A stretch of 64,000 nt of DNA from an uncultured Aestuariivirga sp. GTDB taxonomy: Bacteria; Pseudomonadota; Alphaproteobacteria; Rhizobiales; Aestuariivirgaceae. The notes beneath the pieces are model-generated. The model was not told the origin of the DNA. It saw only the letters and a program-made list of their open reading frames with translations, and searched no databases. A program made the translations under genes and the position numbers. Positions within the stretch are counted from its first letter, which is position 1. The number at the start of each line of letters is the position of its first letter. The DNA is taken from NCBI GenBank assembly GCA_964392525.1, contig CAYMQH010000002.1, positions 37,992 to 101,991 on the forward strand, given 5' to 3'. Positions 28,585 to 39,232 of this stretch are shown piece after piece.

Positions 28585-29652
28585 TCAGCCCTGGGTGGGC
28601 AGCTTGGCGGCGGCGCGCACCCTGACCGAGGGTGCGACGCCGAAACGCTGGCGATAAGCATGGCGGAACGCCACCGGGGACTGGAAGCCGCAGGCCACCG
28701 CGATTTCGGTGACCGACATATTGGTTTCCGTCATCAGGCTGTGGGCGTGTTCGAGGCGGATGTCGCGCAACTTCTTGGCGGGCGACGTGCCAAGCCGGTT
28801 CTCGAACAGCCGCTCCATCTGGCGGCGCGACAGGCCGTGCCGCTCGGCCAGTTGCTCGATGTCGAGATCGCCCGCGAAGTCAGAGCGCATGTCCTGCAGG
28901 ATCTTGACGAGCGTCGGGTGGCGGAGGCCGATTTCCGCCGCGATTGACATGCGCTGGTTGTTGCTGCCGCCGCGCGGCTGGCCGTGCAGGCACATCTCCG
29001 CCACCTTGGTGGCAAGCCCCGTACCGTGGTGCTCCTCGATCAGGGCGACGACGAGGTCCACCCCGGCATCGCCGCCGCCGCAGGTGATGATGTTGCCGTC
29101 CCGGCAATAGAGCTGGTTGCTGATCGGAAGAGCTGGAAAGATTTCCTCGAATGCGGGTTGGTTCTCCCAGTGGAGCGTGAAGCGCCGGCCCTCGAGAAGC
29201 CCGGCCCGCGCCAGCGTGAAGGCCCCGGTGCACAAGCCGCCCACGGTGCGGCCATGGCGAGCCTGATCCCTGATCCATGAGGTGGTGCGCGGCGAGGCCG
29301 CCAGATAGCCATCGACTCCGGAGCAGACGAATACCGTGTCGTCTCGCTTCGTTTCGCGCAATTCGCCGTCAACGACGATGGACACGCCGTTGGAGCAGCG
29401 CACCGGCTTGCCATCCTCCGAGAGCAGGAACCAGCGATACAGGCACTGGCCCGTCAGCTGATTTGCGATGCGCAGCGGCTCAACCGCCGCCGAGAAGGCG
29501 AGCATCGTCATCTTCGGCAGCATCATGAAGTAAAAATCGCGCCGTGGGCCGGGGCTTTCCAGTTCGAAGAAGGCAGCGCCCTTGCTGACGAAACGCTCGC
29601 GATCCTCGCTGGACACGTTCCGGTCCCCGTCAGCCTGCCCGCGTTGCTCCAT
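28585..29652 (-). CDS. GlxA/GbdR-type AraC regulator (DJ-1 + AraC)
   Basis: EPLRIAN, GLCTG, TLHWE, TCGGG; C-terminal SRRQMERLF..IRLEHA..EIAVACGF. Confidence 0.9.
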   Translation of the reverse strand: MEQRGQADGDRNVSSEDRERFVSKGAAFFELESPGPRRDFYFMMLPKMTMLAFSAAVEPLRIANQLTGQCLYRWFLLSEDGKPVRCSNGVSIVVDGELRETKRDDTVFVCSGVDGYLAASPRTTSWIRDQARHGRTVGGLCTGAFTLARAGLLEGRRFTLHWENQPAFEEIFPALPISNQLYCRDGNIITCGGGDAGVDLVVALIEEHHGTGLATKVAEMCLHGQPRGGSNNQRMSIAAEIGLRHPTLVKILQDMRSDFAGDLDIEQLAERHGLSRRQMERLFENRLGTSPAKKLRDIRLEHAHSLMTETNMSVTEIAVACGFQSPVAFRHAYRQRFGVAPSVRVRAAAKLPTQG

Positions 29653-29735
29653 AACCGAAATCCCGAAATTTGAAATTCCTTTGTATAGTGAGCGGCGTGA
29701 CGTTCTGCAAACCGAACCTGCCGGGGCGCGGCCCG

Positions 29736-30659
29736 TCAGAAGGTCTTCAAGCCGTTCACCGCCAGCCTCACGCCGTAAAGGCAGGAGGTTGCGCAGATAT
29801 AGAGATAGTTCCGCTTCGGGCCGCCGAAACAGACATTGGCAACGGGTTCCGAGATGAGGATCTTGCCGATCAGCGTGCCATCCGGCTCGTAGCAGTGAAC
29901 GCCATCGCCGGCACTCGTCCAGATGCGGCCGTCCTCATCCAGTCGGAAGCCATCGAAGAAGCCGGCGGTTGATTCCGCGAAGATGCCGAGGTCGCTCAGA
30001 ACGCCGCCGCTGCCCACCGTGAAGCGGCGGATATGCCGGGGGCCGTTCTTCACATGGCTGCCGCCGGTGTCGGCGATGTAGAGCAAGCGTTCATCCGCGG
30101 AGAAGGCAAGGCCATTGGGCTGCACGAAGTCATTTGCCACCACCCTGATCTCCCCGCTCTCGGCGTCGATGCGGTAGACATGGTTACCGGCTTGCTCGCG
30201 TTCGGCCTTGTTGCCCTCATAGTCCGAATCGATACCGTAGGAGGGATCGGTGAACCAGATGTTGCCGGCGCGATCCACCACCACGTCATTGGGGCTGTTG
30301 AGCCTCCGGCCGACATGCCGGTCGGCAAGCACCGTGATGCTGCCATCGATCTCGGTCCTGGTGACGCGCCGGTTGCCATGCTCGCAGCTGACGAGGCGGC
30401 CCTGGCGGTCCACCGTGTGGCCGTTCGCATGACCGGCGGGCTGGCGGAACACGCTCACCACGCCGCTGCACTCGTCGTAACGCAGCATCCGGTCGTTGGG
30501 GATGTCGGACCACACGACATAGCGTCCAGCGGGAAAGTAGGCGGCCCCTTCCGCCCAGCGACAGTCATCATGAAGCTTGTCAAGCCTCGCGGTGCTGACG
30601 ATCAGACGCTCGAAGCGATCATCCAGGACCTCGAAGCACCCCATGATCTCGCCAGCCAT
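29736..30659 (-). CDS. SMP-30/gluconolactonase family protein
   Basis: WAEG, WSDIPN, NSPND, FTDPSYG, QPNGLAFS, DGFRLD. Confidence 0.9.
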   Translation of the reverse strand: MAGEIMGCFEVLDDRFERLIVSTARLDKLHDDCRWAEGAAYFPAGRYVVWSDIPNDRMLRYDECSGVVSVFRQPAGHANGHTVDRQGRLVSCEHGNRRVTRTEIDGSITVLADRHVGRRLNSPNDVVVDRAGNIWFTDPSYGIDSDYEGNKAEREQAGNHVYRIDAESGEIRVVANDFVQPNGLAFSADERLLYIADTGGSHVKNGPRHIRRFTVGSGGVLSDLGIFAESTAGFFDGFRLDEDGRIWTSAGDGVHCYEPDGTLIGKILISEPVANVCFGGPKRNYLYICATSCLYGVRLAVNGLKTF

Positions 30660-30725
30660 GCAAACCTCCTCCGGTAGCGGCTGCAAGGTTTGCGGGTTTT
30701 CGCCGCGCGTTCAAGCCCCTTCGCG

Positions 30726-31481
30726 TCAGAGTGCGATGCGGGCAAGTCCGGCATAAAAGGGAAGGTGGTGGGCCAGATAGGCGGCAAAGCGGGGGTGTGC
30801 GGTACTGAGTTGTTCGAATTCCGCGTCGATCTTGCTGCGCTGATCAGCCGTCAAGGGCCGGATCGTGCTGCTCGACATCACATCCTGATGCCAGCCCTGA
30901 ACCTGCTGCCAGTCGGCGGGGGCAGGATCCTTCCAGTGCAGCGCGTCCGGCTTGTCGGGAACCCCAACAGCACGACAGTACTTTCGCATCTGGCCCTCGG
31001 GGTCCGCCTGGACCTCTTCGCTCCTCACGACCACGGGTGCGAGGCTCAGTTGCTTCATCACGGCCTCTGCATGAAGCCACTGCGCCTCGATCCCGATTTC
31101 CTCAAGCAGCATGTCAGGGTCGAGCTTCGCGTAGGACACGATCGAGGCCTTGGGATCGCGGATCAGGAAGCTGTGCGTGATCCGGGCGAAGAAGGCTTCG
31201 TCCGCCGCGATCTGCGGCATCACGTAATAACTCATGTCCTTGAAGAAAACGGGCCCCTTTTCCGCCTTCGCGAGGATCATGGCGCGTATCTCGGCATAAG
31301 CCTTGGGGTGATCCTCCATCGCCTCGAAATATGGCATCTGACGGGTCGAGCGGTTGATGTAATAGTCATACATGAACGGCTCGTGCAGGCATTGCAGGTC
31401 GCCGCGCGCCCGCATGGTGCGTTCGAAGGCGGTGGACATGGAGCGCGGGTGCGACCACAGCGCCACGATCGGAAAGCTCAT
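30726..31481 (-). CDS. sulfotransferase-like P-loop protein
   Basis: LWSHPRSMSTAFER, HEPF, FFKDM, FLIRDP; ATGA overlap with the aminotransferase. Confidence 0.72.
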   Translation of the reverse strand: MSFPIVALWSHPRSMSTAFERTMRARGDLQCLHEPFMYDYYINRSTRQMPYFEAMEDHPKAYAEIRAMILAKAEKGPVFFKDMSYYVMPQIAADEAFFARITHSFLIRDPKASIVSYAKLDPDMLLEEIGIEAQWLHAEAVMKQLSLAPVVVRSEEVQADPEGQMRKYCRAVGVPDKPDALHWKDPAPADWQQVQGWHQDVMSSSTIRPLTADQRSKIDAEFEQLSTAHPRFAAYLAHHLPFYAGLARIAL

Positions 31482-32788
31482 GCCGCCGCCTCGGTGAAGG
31501 CCCGGTCGAGCCCTTCGGCCACCTGATCGACGTCGCTGAGAGCGAGGCACATGGGCGGCACCATGCGCAGCACCGAGCGATGCGGCCCGGACTTGGACAG
31601 AATGAGGCCCTGATCACGGCACTTCTCGAACACGGCAGCGGTGATGGCGGCATCCGGCTCCTTCGTCTTGCGGTCCTTCACCATTTCAATGGCCAGCATG
31701 AGGCCGCGCCCGCGTACATCGCCGATCGCCATGTGGCGCTGCTGCAGGCTCTTCAGCCGGTCAAGCAATGCACCGCCCACCTTGCGGGCGTTGTCCTGCG
31801 TCTTCTCCTCGCGGATCACCTGCAACACGGCGCGGCCCGCCGCACAACTGGTCGGATTGGCGCCATAGGTGTGGAACATGTACTTCTCCGCCATGACATC
31901 TCCGATGGCCTTCTTCGCCACCACAGCACCCAGAGGGAAGCCATTGCCGATGCCCTTGGCCATCACCACGATGTCAGGCACCACGCCATCGGCCTCGAAG
32001 CCCCACATGTTGTCACCCGTGCGGCCAAAACCTGACTGCACTTCATCGGCCACATAAAGGCCTCCTGCGGCACGCACCCGTTCGGCCGCGCCCGACATGT
32101 AACCCTTCGGCATTTCGACGATGCCGCCATAGCCCTGTACGCTCTCGACGAAGATGCCGGCCACCTTGCCCGTGGTCGCGGTGGCGATGGTGCGCTCGAT
32201 CTCGTCGAGATAGGGCTCGGTGACGGCGCCGAAAATGCCGCGATACTGGTTTGGCTCCGGCACGAAGGCCACGTTGGCCGGCATGCCGGTGTGGCGGAAG
32301 CCGGCAATGCCGGTCAGTGACTGCGCCGCCGAGGTCGGCCCGTGATAGGCGGAACGGAGCGCGAGGAGGTCGAGGTTACCGGTGTAGGTGCGCGCCATTA
32401 CCATGGCGAGGTCGATCGCCTCTGAGCCCGAGTTGGTGAAATGCACCACCCAGTCATGGCCCTTCGGCATGGTGGCGGCCAGTTCCTCGGCGAAATGTGC
32501 CGGAACCGGATGGTAGAACATGGTGGTGCAGTGGGTGAGTTCCTGCGCCTGTTGCATCGCTGCCTTCACGACTGCCGGGTGTGAGTGCCCGACCGAGATG
32601 CAGACATTCATGCCGAGCAGGTCGGTGTATCTCTTGCCTTCCGCATCCCAGAGATACTGCATTGCGCCCTTGCGGAACACCAAAGGCTCCCGGAATGGCA
32701 CGAATTTTCGCTGCGAGGCGGCATAGAATTGAGTCCGGCGGGCGGCGGTGGCCTCTGTCGACCAATCGATATCGAGCGCGTCTTTCAT
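31478..32788 (-). CDS. class III PLP aminotransferase (AGXT2-like)
   Basis: YLWDAEG, NSGSEA, ESVQG, DEVQSGFGRTG, MAKGIGNG, GRGLM. Confidence 0.9.
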   Translation of the reverse strand: MKDALDIDWSTEATAARRTQFYAASQRKFVPFREPLVFRKGAMQYLWDAEGKRYTDLLGMNVCISVGHSHPAVVKAAMQQAQELTHCTTMFYHPVPAHFAEELAATMPKGHDWVVHFTNSGSEAIDLAMVMARTYTGNLDLLALRSAYHGPTSAAQSLTGIAGFRHTGMPANVAFVPEPNQYRGIFGAVTEPYLDEIERTIATATTGKVAGIFVESVQGYGGIVEMPKGYMSGAAERVRAAGGLYVADEVQSGFGRTGDNMWGFEADGVVPDIVVMAKGIGNGFPLGAVVAKKAIGDVMAEKYMFHTYGANPTSCAAGRAVLQVIREEKTQDNARKVGGALLDRLKSLQQRHMAIGDVRGRGLMLAIEMVKDRKTKEPDAAITAAVFEKCRDQGLILSKSGPHRSVLRMVPPMCLALSDVDQVAEGLDRAFTEAAA

Positions 32789-32810
32789 GGCGTATCCTTC
32801 GAGTGCGGAG

Positions 32811-35216
32811 TTAGTCCTTGAGCCTTGTGTTCAGCGGGTCATAAGGGGGCGAGGCGAGTATGCGCGCCGGGCGCTCGCGCCCCAGCAGCTTGACTGTCAG
32901 CCCATCGCGAACCTGCGGCTCGCGCAGGAAGGCAAGAGCGAGGGATGTCTTCACGCGATGGCCATAGGCACCCGATGTCACCACGCCAACGGGGCGGCCC
33001 TGCGCAAACAGCGTGTGGGAATAGAAGGGCTCCACCTCGCCATCGGTGTCGATTTCGAGCAGCACCATGTCCCAGCTGGGTGGTCGCTTGAGCATGGCAT
33101 CGCGGCCAATGAAACTGCGGCCCTCGGGCTTCACGAGGAAGCCGAGGCCTGTTTCAGGCGGCGAGCGTTCGGTGGTGAGATCGCTGCCCCAACCGCGATA
33201 ACCCTTTTCCAGCCGCATGGAGTTTGCGGCATAAGCGCCATAGTACCCGATGCCGAAAGGCTTTCCGGCCTCTTCCAGCACAAGGAACAGCTTTGCGGCC
33301 TGGGCCCGCTCCACATGCAGTTCGAAGCCGCGTTCCCCAACATAGGAAACCCGCAGCGCTTGGGCTCGAACGCCAGCGACTGTGATCTCCCGCGCCGACA
33401 GCCAGGGGAAGCCATGGCCCAGGTCCGCATCTGTCAGCTTCTTCAGCACATCGGGTGATCTTGGTCCCATCAGGCCGATGACCGCCAGATCATCCGTGCG
33501 GTTGCGGATCACCACATCGAAACCCTCCGCACGGGCATTCAGGAGGTCGAGGTCCATCTCCTCGGCTGCTGCAGCCGAGTTGAGATAGGCGCGGTCCGGT
33601 GCGAATACCGTAACGGTGAATTCGGAGGCAACGCCGCCCGCAGGTGTCAGGGCGTGCGTCAAGCCGATGCGCCCGGGCTTCGGCGGGCTATTGGCGCCTA
33701 GCGCATCGAGGAAGCGGAGCGTGTCAGGCCCCGTTACATCGAACTTGGAGAAGACCGAGAGATCGGCCAGCGCCACGCGGTTTGCGACTGCATCCACTTC
33801 GCGGGCCACCGCGTCAAACCAGTTGGTGCGCCGGAAGCTGTCGCGGTTTTCATCATGAAGATTGGTCGAAAACCAGTTGGGCCGCTCCGCGCCGTGCGCA
33901 GCGCCCATCACGGCACCGCGCTCGCGCATGATGTGATGCAGCGGCGAGACGCGGATCATGCGGCCCGCCCGGCGTTCCTCGAAGGGGAAATGCACGCCGA
34001 ATTGCAGACCGAAACATTCGATCGCCTTGTTGACACGGTAGCTCCGGTTTGCCCACGGGCCGAAGCGGCGGCTGTCGACGGCCAGTGCGTCCATCGGCGG
34101 CGCGCCATGTGTCATCCAGTGGGCGAGGAACTGTCCGGATCCGCCGCCCTCCATCACACCCATGGAGGAGCCGGTCAGCAGCCACGCATTGGGGACGCCG
34201 AACGCCGGGCCGATCAGCGGATTCGCATCCGGGGTGAAGGTGATGGGGCCATTGACCACCGTCTTGACGCCCGCAGTGGCAAGGGCCGGAACCCGCGCCA
34301 TGGCGGCTTCGATGATGTGTTCCACGCGGTCGAGATCGGGCGGCATCAGCTCCGCGCCGAAATCAGGCGGCACACCATCGACCGACCAGACCTGCGCCTG
34401 CTTCTCATAGGGGCCGAGAATGAACCCATCGCGCTCCTGGCGGCAGTACCAGCTTTCTTCGGGGTCGCGGATGATGGGCAGTTCAGGCGCGCCTGACTTT
34501 TGGCGCGCGGCAATGGCTGCCACCGTATCGGTGACCAGATACTGGTGCAGCACGGGCACCGAGGGCACATTCACGCCCATCATCTGCCCCACCTCGAAGC
34601 CCCATGTTCCTGCGGCATTGACGATGTGCAGAGCCTTCAACACGCCGGTCCTGGTTTCCACCACCCAGCGGCCGTTTTCGCGGCGGATGGCGTGGACCGG
34701 GTTGTAGCGCTGGATCACCGCGCCATGGCGCTGCGCCACCCTTGCCATCGCATTGGTGGCAAGCGAGGGGTCCACATGCCCGTCATCGGGCTCATAGATG
34801 CCGCCCAGCAGGCCATCCAGTTCGGCGAGCGGGTGAAGCTCCGCAATGCGCGTCCGGTCGATGATCTCGAGTGGGTAACCGGTGAATTCGGAAAGGCCAG
34901 CGACATGGCGGAACTCGTCCATGCGGTCGGGATTGCGTGTGACGCGCATCGCGCCCGAGCGGTGGAAGCCACAGCTTTCGCCCGTCTCCTGCGGAAGGAT
35001 GTCGCGGTAGAGGCGCACCGATGTGGCGCGCAGTTCCTGAATGGTGGGGTTATGGGCAAAATGCGTGCAAAGCCCCGCGGCATGCCAGGTGGAGCCATGC
35101 GTCAGGTCGTTCTTCTCCACCAGCACGATATCGCGCCAGCCCGCCTTGGCCAGATGATAGAGCAGCGACACGCCCATGGCGCCGCCGCCGATGATGGCGA
35201 CATTCACATCCGTCAT
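32811..35216 (-). CDS. FAD-dependent GcvT-family dehydrogenase (dimethylglycine dehydrogenase-like)
   Basis: IIGGGAMG, GSTWHAAG, FTPD, DLSVFSK, SYVGERGFE, RLEKGY. Confidence 0.9.
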   Translation of the reverse strand: MTDVNVAIIGGGAMGVSLLYHLAKAGWRDIVLVEKNDLTHGSTWHAAGLCTHFAHNPTIQELRATSVRLYRDILPQETGESCGFHRSGAMRVTRNPDRMDEFRHVAGLSEFTGYPLEIIDRTRIAELHPLAELDGLLGGIYEPDDGHVDPSLATNAMARVAQRHGAVIQRYNPVHAIRRENGRWVVETRTGVLKALHIVNAAGTWGFEVGQMMGVNVPSVPVLHQYLVTDTVAAIAARQKSGAPELPIIRDPEESWYCRQERDGFILGPYEKQAQVWSVDGVPPDFGAELMPPDLDRVEHIIEAAMARVPALATAGVKTVVNGPITFTPDANPLIGPAFGVPNAWLLTGSSMGVMEGGGSGQFLAHWMTHGAPPMDALAVDSRRFGPWANRSYRVNKAIECFGLQFGVHFPFEERRAGRMIRVSPLHHIMRERGAVMGAAHGAERPNWFSTNLHDENRDSFRRTNWFDAVAREVDAVANRVALADLSVFSKFDVTGPDTLRFLDALGANSPPKPGRIGLTHALTPAGGVASEFTVTVFAPDRAYLNSAAAAEEMDLDLLNARAEGFDVVIRNRTDDLAVIGLMGPRSPDVLKKLTDADLGHGFPWLSAREITVAGVRAQALRVSYVGERGFELHVERAQAAKLFLVLEEAGKPFGIGYYGAYAANSMRLEKGYRGWGSDLTTERSPPETGLGFLVKPEGRSFIGRDAMLKRPPSWDMVLLEIDTDGEVEPFYSHTLFAQGRPVGVVTSGAYGHRVKTSLALAFLREPQVRDGLTVKLLGRERPARILASPPYDPLNTRLKD

Positions 35217-37609
35217 GCACGCATCCTTCGTGACTCGGGGTCATGTGGCGGCTTCATGAGAACCGCCGCTTGGTAGGTTGATCCGGCCACCTCCAGCGCG
35301 AAGTCACGTTGCGCTGTTTGTGCCAGTGTTTCACCGGGGCGTATGTTCACCAGAGCGAATGCAAGCGTGAGGCCAGTGCGAAGCCCCTTCGCGCCAGATG
35401 TGGTGAGCCCCGCGACCCTGCCGTTCTCCCAAACGGGTTCATCATGAAGAATGAGCGGATCGCCAGCGATGCTGAGCAGAACGAGGCGCTGGCCGTAGCC
35501 ATGCTGCTTCTGCCGTTCGAGAACAGATTTGCCACGGAATGGCTTGGCCCAGTCGATGGCAAATCCGAGCCCTGCCTCGAGTGGGGTAATCTCCGGCCCG
35601 AGGTCATGGCCCCAGTGGCGGTAGCCCTTTTCGATACGGCAGCCATTCAGCGCATGATGGCCCATGGGCTTCGCACCAGCCTCGATCAGCGCGTCGAAAA
35701 CCTGCGGCGCGGATTCATTGGACATCATGACTTCCCAGCCAAGTTCGCCCACATAGGAAAGCCGGGTGGCAAGGCATGGCTCGCCCGCCACAGTCACTTG
35801 CCGCGCCGTGCTGAAGGGGAAATCCCCCCAGTCATCGGGTGATCGAGAAGACAGCATGCGGCGCGACGCAGCGCCCATCACACCGATCACGCAGAAGTCT
35901 TCCGTTCGGTCTTCAAGCGTGATGTCCATCCCCGCCGCGGCACGGCGGAGCAGCGCCAGGTCACGCCGCCGGGTAGCAGCGCCTGACACGACACGGAAGC
36001 GATCCTCCGCAAGGCGCGTCACCGTCACATCAGCCTCGATGCCGCCCTTGCCGTTCAGCATCAGCGTATAGACGGCGCGGCCCAGGGACACATCCATCTG
36101 CGCCGTGGCAAGGTGATTGAGTAGCCGAAGCGCATCGCTTCCTGAAACATCAATCTTGGTGAAGGGCGTGAGGTCGAGGAGTGCCGCGCCATCCATCATC
36201 TCCGCCGCCTCGCGCTTGGCGATGGAAAGCCATGGCTGGTCGCCGCTGACGGCATAGGGCAGGCCGCGTTCGGCGTCCTGCGTTGCATACCAAAGGCCGC
36301 GCTCCCAGCCGACGGTGAGGCCGAACACCGCGCCTTGCGCCGCCCAGTGCTCATGCAGCGGAGACTTGCGCAAGCCTCGGCCGGCCTTTGGCTGCTTGAA
36401 CGGCCAGTGCACGGCGAACAGGTCAGCCACGGCTTCCTGCATCCGCTCCGCCATGTGGGCGTCAGTTGCGGTAAGGGGGTCAACACGGGCGATGTCCACG
36501 CCCCATAGGTCGCGCGGTTCTTCGCCGCCGATGATCCAGTCGGCCAGAATGTCACCGATCCCTGCGGAGCTCATGATGCCGACCGAGTTCATGCCCGCCG
36601 CGACGAATATCCCATCCACTTCCGGCGCCTGCCCGATCAGGGGCCGCGTGTCGGCGGTGAAGCTTTCCGGCCCATTCATGAAGCGCTGGATGCCGGTATC
36701 TGCCAGTGCGGGAACGAGTGCCAGAGCTGCTGCCATGAAGGGGCCGAACTGCTCCCAGTCCTCTGGCAGTTCGAGGAAGGCACGGTCACCCTCCGGCCCA
36801 TAAGCGTTCCACAGCTTTGCATTGGGCTCGAAGCCGCCGATGACGAGGCGGCCCGCATCGCCCTTCACATAGATGCCGGTATCGAGATCGCGCACCACGG
36901 GGAAGGGGTTGGCGAGGCCGGGGATCGGTTCCGTCACGATATACATGTGCTCCACCGCCTGCAGCGGCAGCGCAACGCCAATGTCATCCGCCAGCTTCTT
37001 CGACCACGCCCCGGCGCAGAGCACCACCGTCTCCGCCAGCATGACTGTGCCATCGGCGAGTTCAACGCCGGTCACACGGCCCCTGGCGGTGAGGATGCGC
37101 GCAACGCCCACCCCTTCCCGGATGCTTACGCCATGAGCCTTCGCAGCGCGCGCATAGGCCATGCAAAGATCGACCGGATTGACGTTGGCGTCCTCCGGCA
37201 CCATCAGGGCGCCCACATGCTGCCTTACATCAAGCTCCGGAACGGCAACCTGGCCGGGCGTCACGATGGATGGCGTCAGCCCCATGTGGCGGCCCACCGC
37301 GCAGATGCGCTTCAGCTCATCCATGCGTTCGGGAAGTCGTGCCAGCCAGTAGCCGCCGGTGCGGCGGTAGCCGGTGCTCATGCCGGTTTCTTCTTCCAGT
37401 TCAGGAAAGAGTGTCAGCGCGTGGGAGGCGAGCCGCGTCATGCTGGCGGTTGCCCGCAATGGCCCGACAATGCCCGCCGCATGCCAGCTGGTGCCGGAGG
37501 TGAGCTGGTTGCGCTCCAGCAGCGTCACGTTCTGTGCGCCGCGCTTGCCGAGGTGATAGGCAAGACTCAGGCCAACAGCACCACCGCCGATGATGAGGAT
37601 ATCCGGCAT
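35213..37609 (-). CDS. FAD-dependent GcvT-family dehydrogenase (sarcosine/dimethylglycine dehydrogenase-like)
   Basis: IIGGGAVG, GTSWHAAG, GPESFTAD, SYVGELGWE, RIEKGYRHW. Confidence 0.9.
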   Translation of the reverse strand: MPDILIIGGGAVGLSLAYHLGKRGAQNVTLLERNQLTSGTSWHAAGIVGPLRATASMTRLASHALTLFPELEEETGMSTGYRRTGGYWLARLPERMDELKRICAVGRHMGLTPSIVTPGQVAVPELDVRQHVGALMVPEDANVNPVDLCMAYARAAKAHGVSIREGVGVARILTARGRVTGVELADGTVMLAETVVLCAGAWSKKLADDIGVALPLQAVEHMYIVTEPIPGLANPFPVVRDLDTGIYVKGDAGRLVIGGFEPNAKLWNAYGPEGDRAFLELPEDWEQFGPFMAAALALVPALADTGIQRFMNGPESFTADTRPLIGQAPEVDGIFVAAGMNSVGIMSSAGIGDILADWIIGGEEPRDLWGVDIARVDPLTATDAHMAERMQEAVADLFAVHWPFKQPKAGRGLRKSPLHEHWAAQGAVFGLTVGWERGLWYATQDAERGLPYAVSGDQPWLSIAKREAAEMMDGAALLDLTPFTKIDVSGSDALRLLNHLATAQMDVSLGRAVYTLMLNGKGGIEADVTVTRLAEDRFRVVSGAATRRRDLALLRRAAAGMDITLEDRTEDFCVIGVMGAASRRMLSSRSPDDWGDFPFSTARQVTVAGEPCLATRLSYVGELGWEVMMSNESAPQVFDALIEAGAKPMGHHALNGCRIEKGYRHWGHDLGPEITPLEAGLGFAIDWAKPFRGKSVLERQKQHGYGQRLVLLSIAGDPLILHDEPVWENGRVAGLTTSGAKGLRTGLTLAFALVNIRPGETLAQTAQRDFALEVAGSTYQAAVLMKPPHDPESRRMRA

Positions 37610-39144
37610 CAGAAGTAATTCACGTCTGGCATGGAGGCTTTCACCTCCCGGATATAGTCCTTCAGCGCCTCATCAATGGCGGGGTCGAGGCCGGGGTCCT
37701 GGTAGCTTTCAAGCTGCGTCTTCCACAATGCATTGGCCCGCTGTGCTGCATCCTTGCTGCCTTCGGCCTGCCATTGCTCGAAGGAGTTGTTGTCAGCTGT
37801 GAGCGGGCGGAACATGGCGGACATGAAATTGAGCCGCGTGTGCTCGCTGCCGAGGAAGTGCTGCCCCGGCCCCGTCTCGGCAATTGCAGCCATGGCCTGC
37901 GCATTCTCCGAGAGGTCGATGCCGTCGAAGAAGCGGGCCAGCTTGCCGCAGAGATCAGCGTCGATCATCGTCTTCTCGAAGGAGGTGACGAGCCCGCCCT
38001 CCAGCCAGCCTGTCGCGTGGTTGATCAGATTGGCGCCTGCAAACATCGACATCATCAAGCCCCAAGTCGCCTCCTGCTGGCTTTGTGCATCGGGAAGCTT
38101 GGCGGCTGAGAGTGTGCCCACAGTGTGGAACGGCACGCCGAGGCGACGTGCCAGTTGCCCTGCGGCCAGAACCATCAGCCCCGCCTCGGGCGTGCCGAAA
38201 GTGGGGGCGCCTGACTGCATGGACATGGTGGAGGCGAAGCTGCCCATGAGGCAGGGCGCGCCGGGATTGATAAGCTGCACGAGGGCGAGGCAGGCGGTCG
38301 CCTCCGCCAGCACCTGCGCCAGCGTTCCGGCAATTGTCGTTGGGCTCATGGCGCCTGTCAGCACCCAGGGCGTGCAGGCCACGGGCTGCCTGGCGCGTGC
38401 ATAGGTCTTGAGGGCGCCTGACATGTTTGCGTCCAGCACCAGCGGCGCGTTGGTGTTCGACACGCAATAGAGCACCGGGTTCTGGGCTACATAATCCGCT
38501 CCGAACAGGATGCGGGCCATGTCGATGGCGTGGCCGGCGCGCTCTGCACCGATAAAGGCGCCCATGAAGGCGCGGTCCGACCAGCGGATATGGGCATAGA
38601 GCATGTCGAGGTGGCGCTTGTTGGCGGGAAGGTCCACCGGTTCGCACACCACGCCGCCCGAATGGTGCAGCCACGGAATGGTCTGATGCAGCTTCACCAG
38701 GTCGATGAAATCCCTGTGTGACGCATAACGCCGCCCGCGATCAAGGTCGTGCACGAAGGGCGGCCCCCATGAGGGGCAAAGAACGGTGGCATTGCCGCCA
38801 AGCCTCACGCTGTTGTTTGGGTTCCGCGCATGTTGCATGAACGCGCGCGGGGCTGTTGCCTGAATCGTGTTGCGGCAGAAGCCTGGGTCAAAGCGTACGC
38901 GCGTTTGGCGCACGTCGCATCCGGCGGCGCGGAAGATATCGAGGATTTCAGGATCGCCCTGAAACTCCATGCCAGTGTCCTTGAGGATCGTCTCGGCATT
39001 TGCCTCGATCAGTTCAAGCCCTTCGCGGCTCAGCACGCTGTAGGTTTCCATCTGGCGCGAGATGTAGGGCGTGCGCATCACCTCCGCGGTGGCACCCGCA
39101 CTGCCGGAACGGTTGCGGCGGCGTGGGAGTAGGGTGTCATTCAT
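37609..39144 (-). CDS. trimethylamine methyltransferase (MttB) superfamily protein, non-pyrrolysine
   Basis: VVCEPVDLP..RHLD, GAMSPTT, SMQSGAPTFGTPE, DAQ..E, GWLEGG; no in-frame amber codon. Confidence 0.9.
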   Translation of the reverse strand: MNDTLLPRRRNRSGSAGATAEVMRTPYISRQMETYSVLSREGLELIEANAETILKDTGMEFQGDPEILDIFRAAGCDVRQTRVRFDPGFCRNTIQATAPRAFMQHARNPNNSVRLGGNATVLCPSWGPPFVHDLDRGRRYASHRDFIDLVKLHQTIPWLHHSGGVVCEPVDLPANKRHLDMLYAHIRWSDRAFMGAFIGAERAGHAIDMARILFGADYVAQNPVLYCVSNTNAPLVLDANMSGALKTYARARQPVACTPWVLTGAMSPTTIAGTLAQVLAEATACLALVQLINPGAPCLMGSFASTMSMQSGAPTFGTPEAGLMVLAAGQLARRLGVPFHTVGTLSAAKLPDAQSQQEATWGLMMSMFAGANLINHATGWLEGGLVTSFEKTMIDADLCGKLARFFDGIDLSENAQAMAAIAETGPGQHFLGSEHTRLNFMSAMFRPLTADNNSFEQWQAEGSKDAAQRANALWKTQLESYQDPGLDPAIDEALKDYIREVKASMPDVNYF

Positions 39145-39207
39145 GCAAAAAGGCCTGTCGGTCAGCAATAGCCTATCTTGCGCGAAAACCCGGTTGACTG
39201 AAAGGAG

Positions 39208-39224
39208 CATAAGTACTTCTAATG
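39208..39224. promoter_or_regulatory. LysR box (T-N11-A)
   Basis: CATAAG-N5-CTAATG between the divergent MttB and LysR genes. Confidence 0.55.
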
Positions 39225-39232
39225 GTGCCGAT

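Noticed and set aside
37609-39144. Possible pyrrolysine recoding in the MttB-family gene
   Set aside because: The frame is open with no internal TAG, and no pyl genes are in the window
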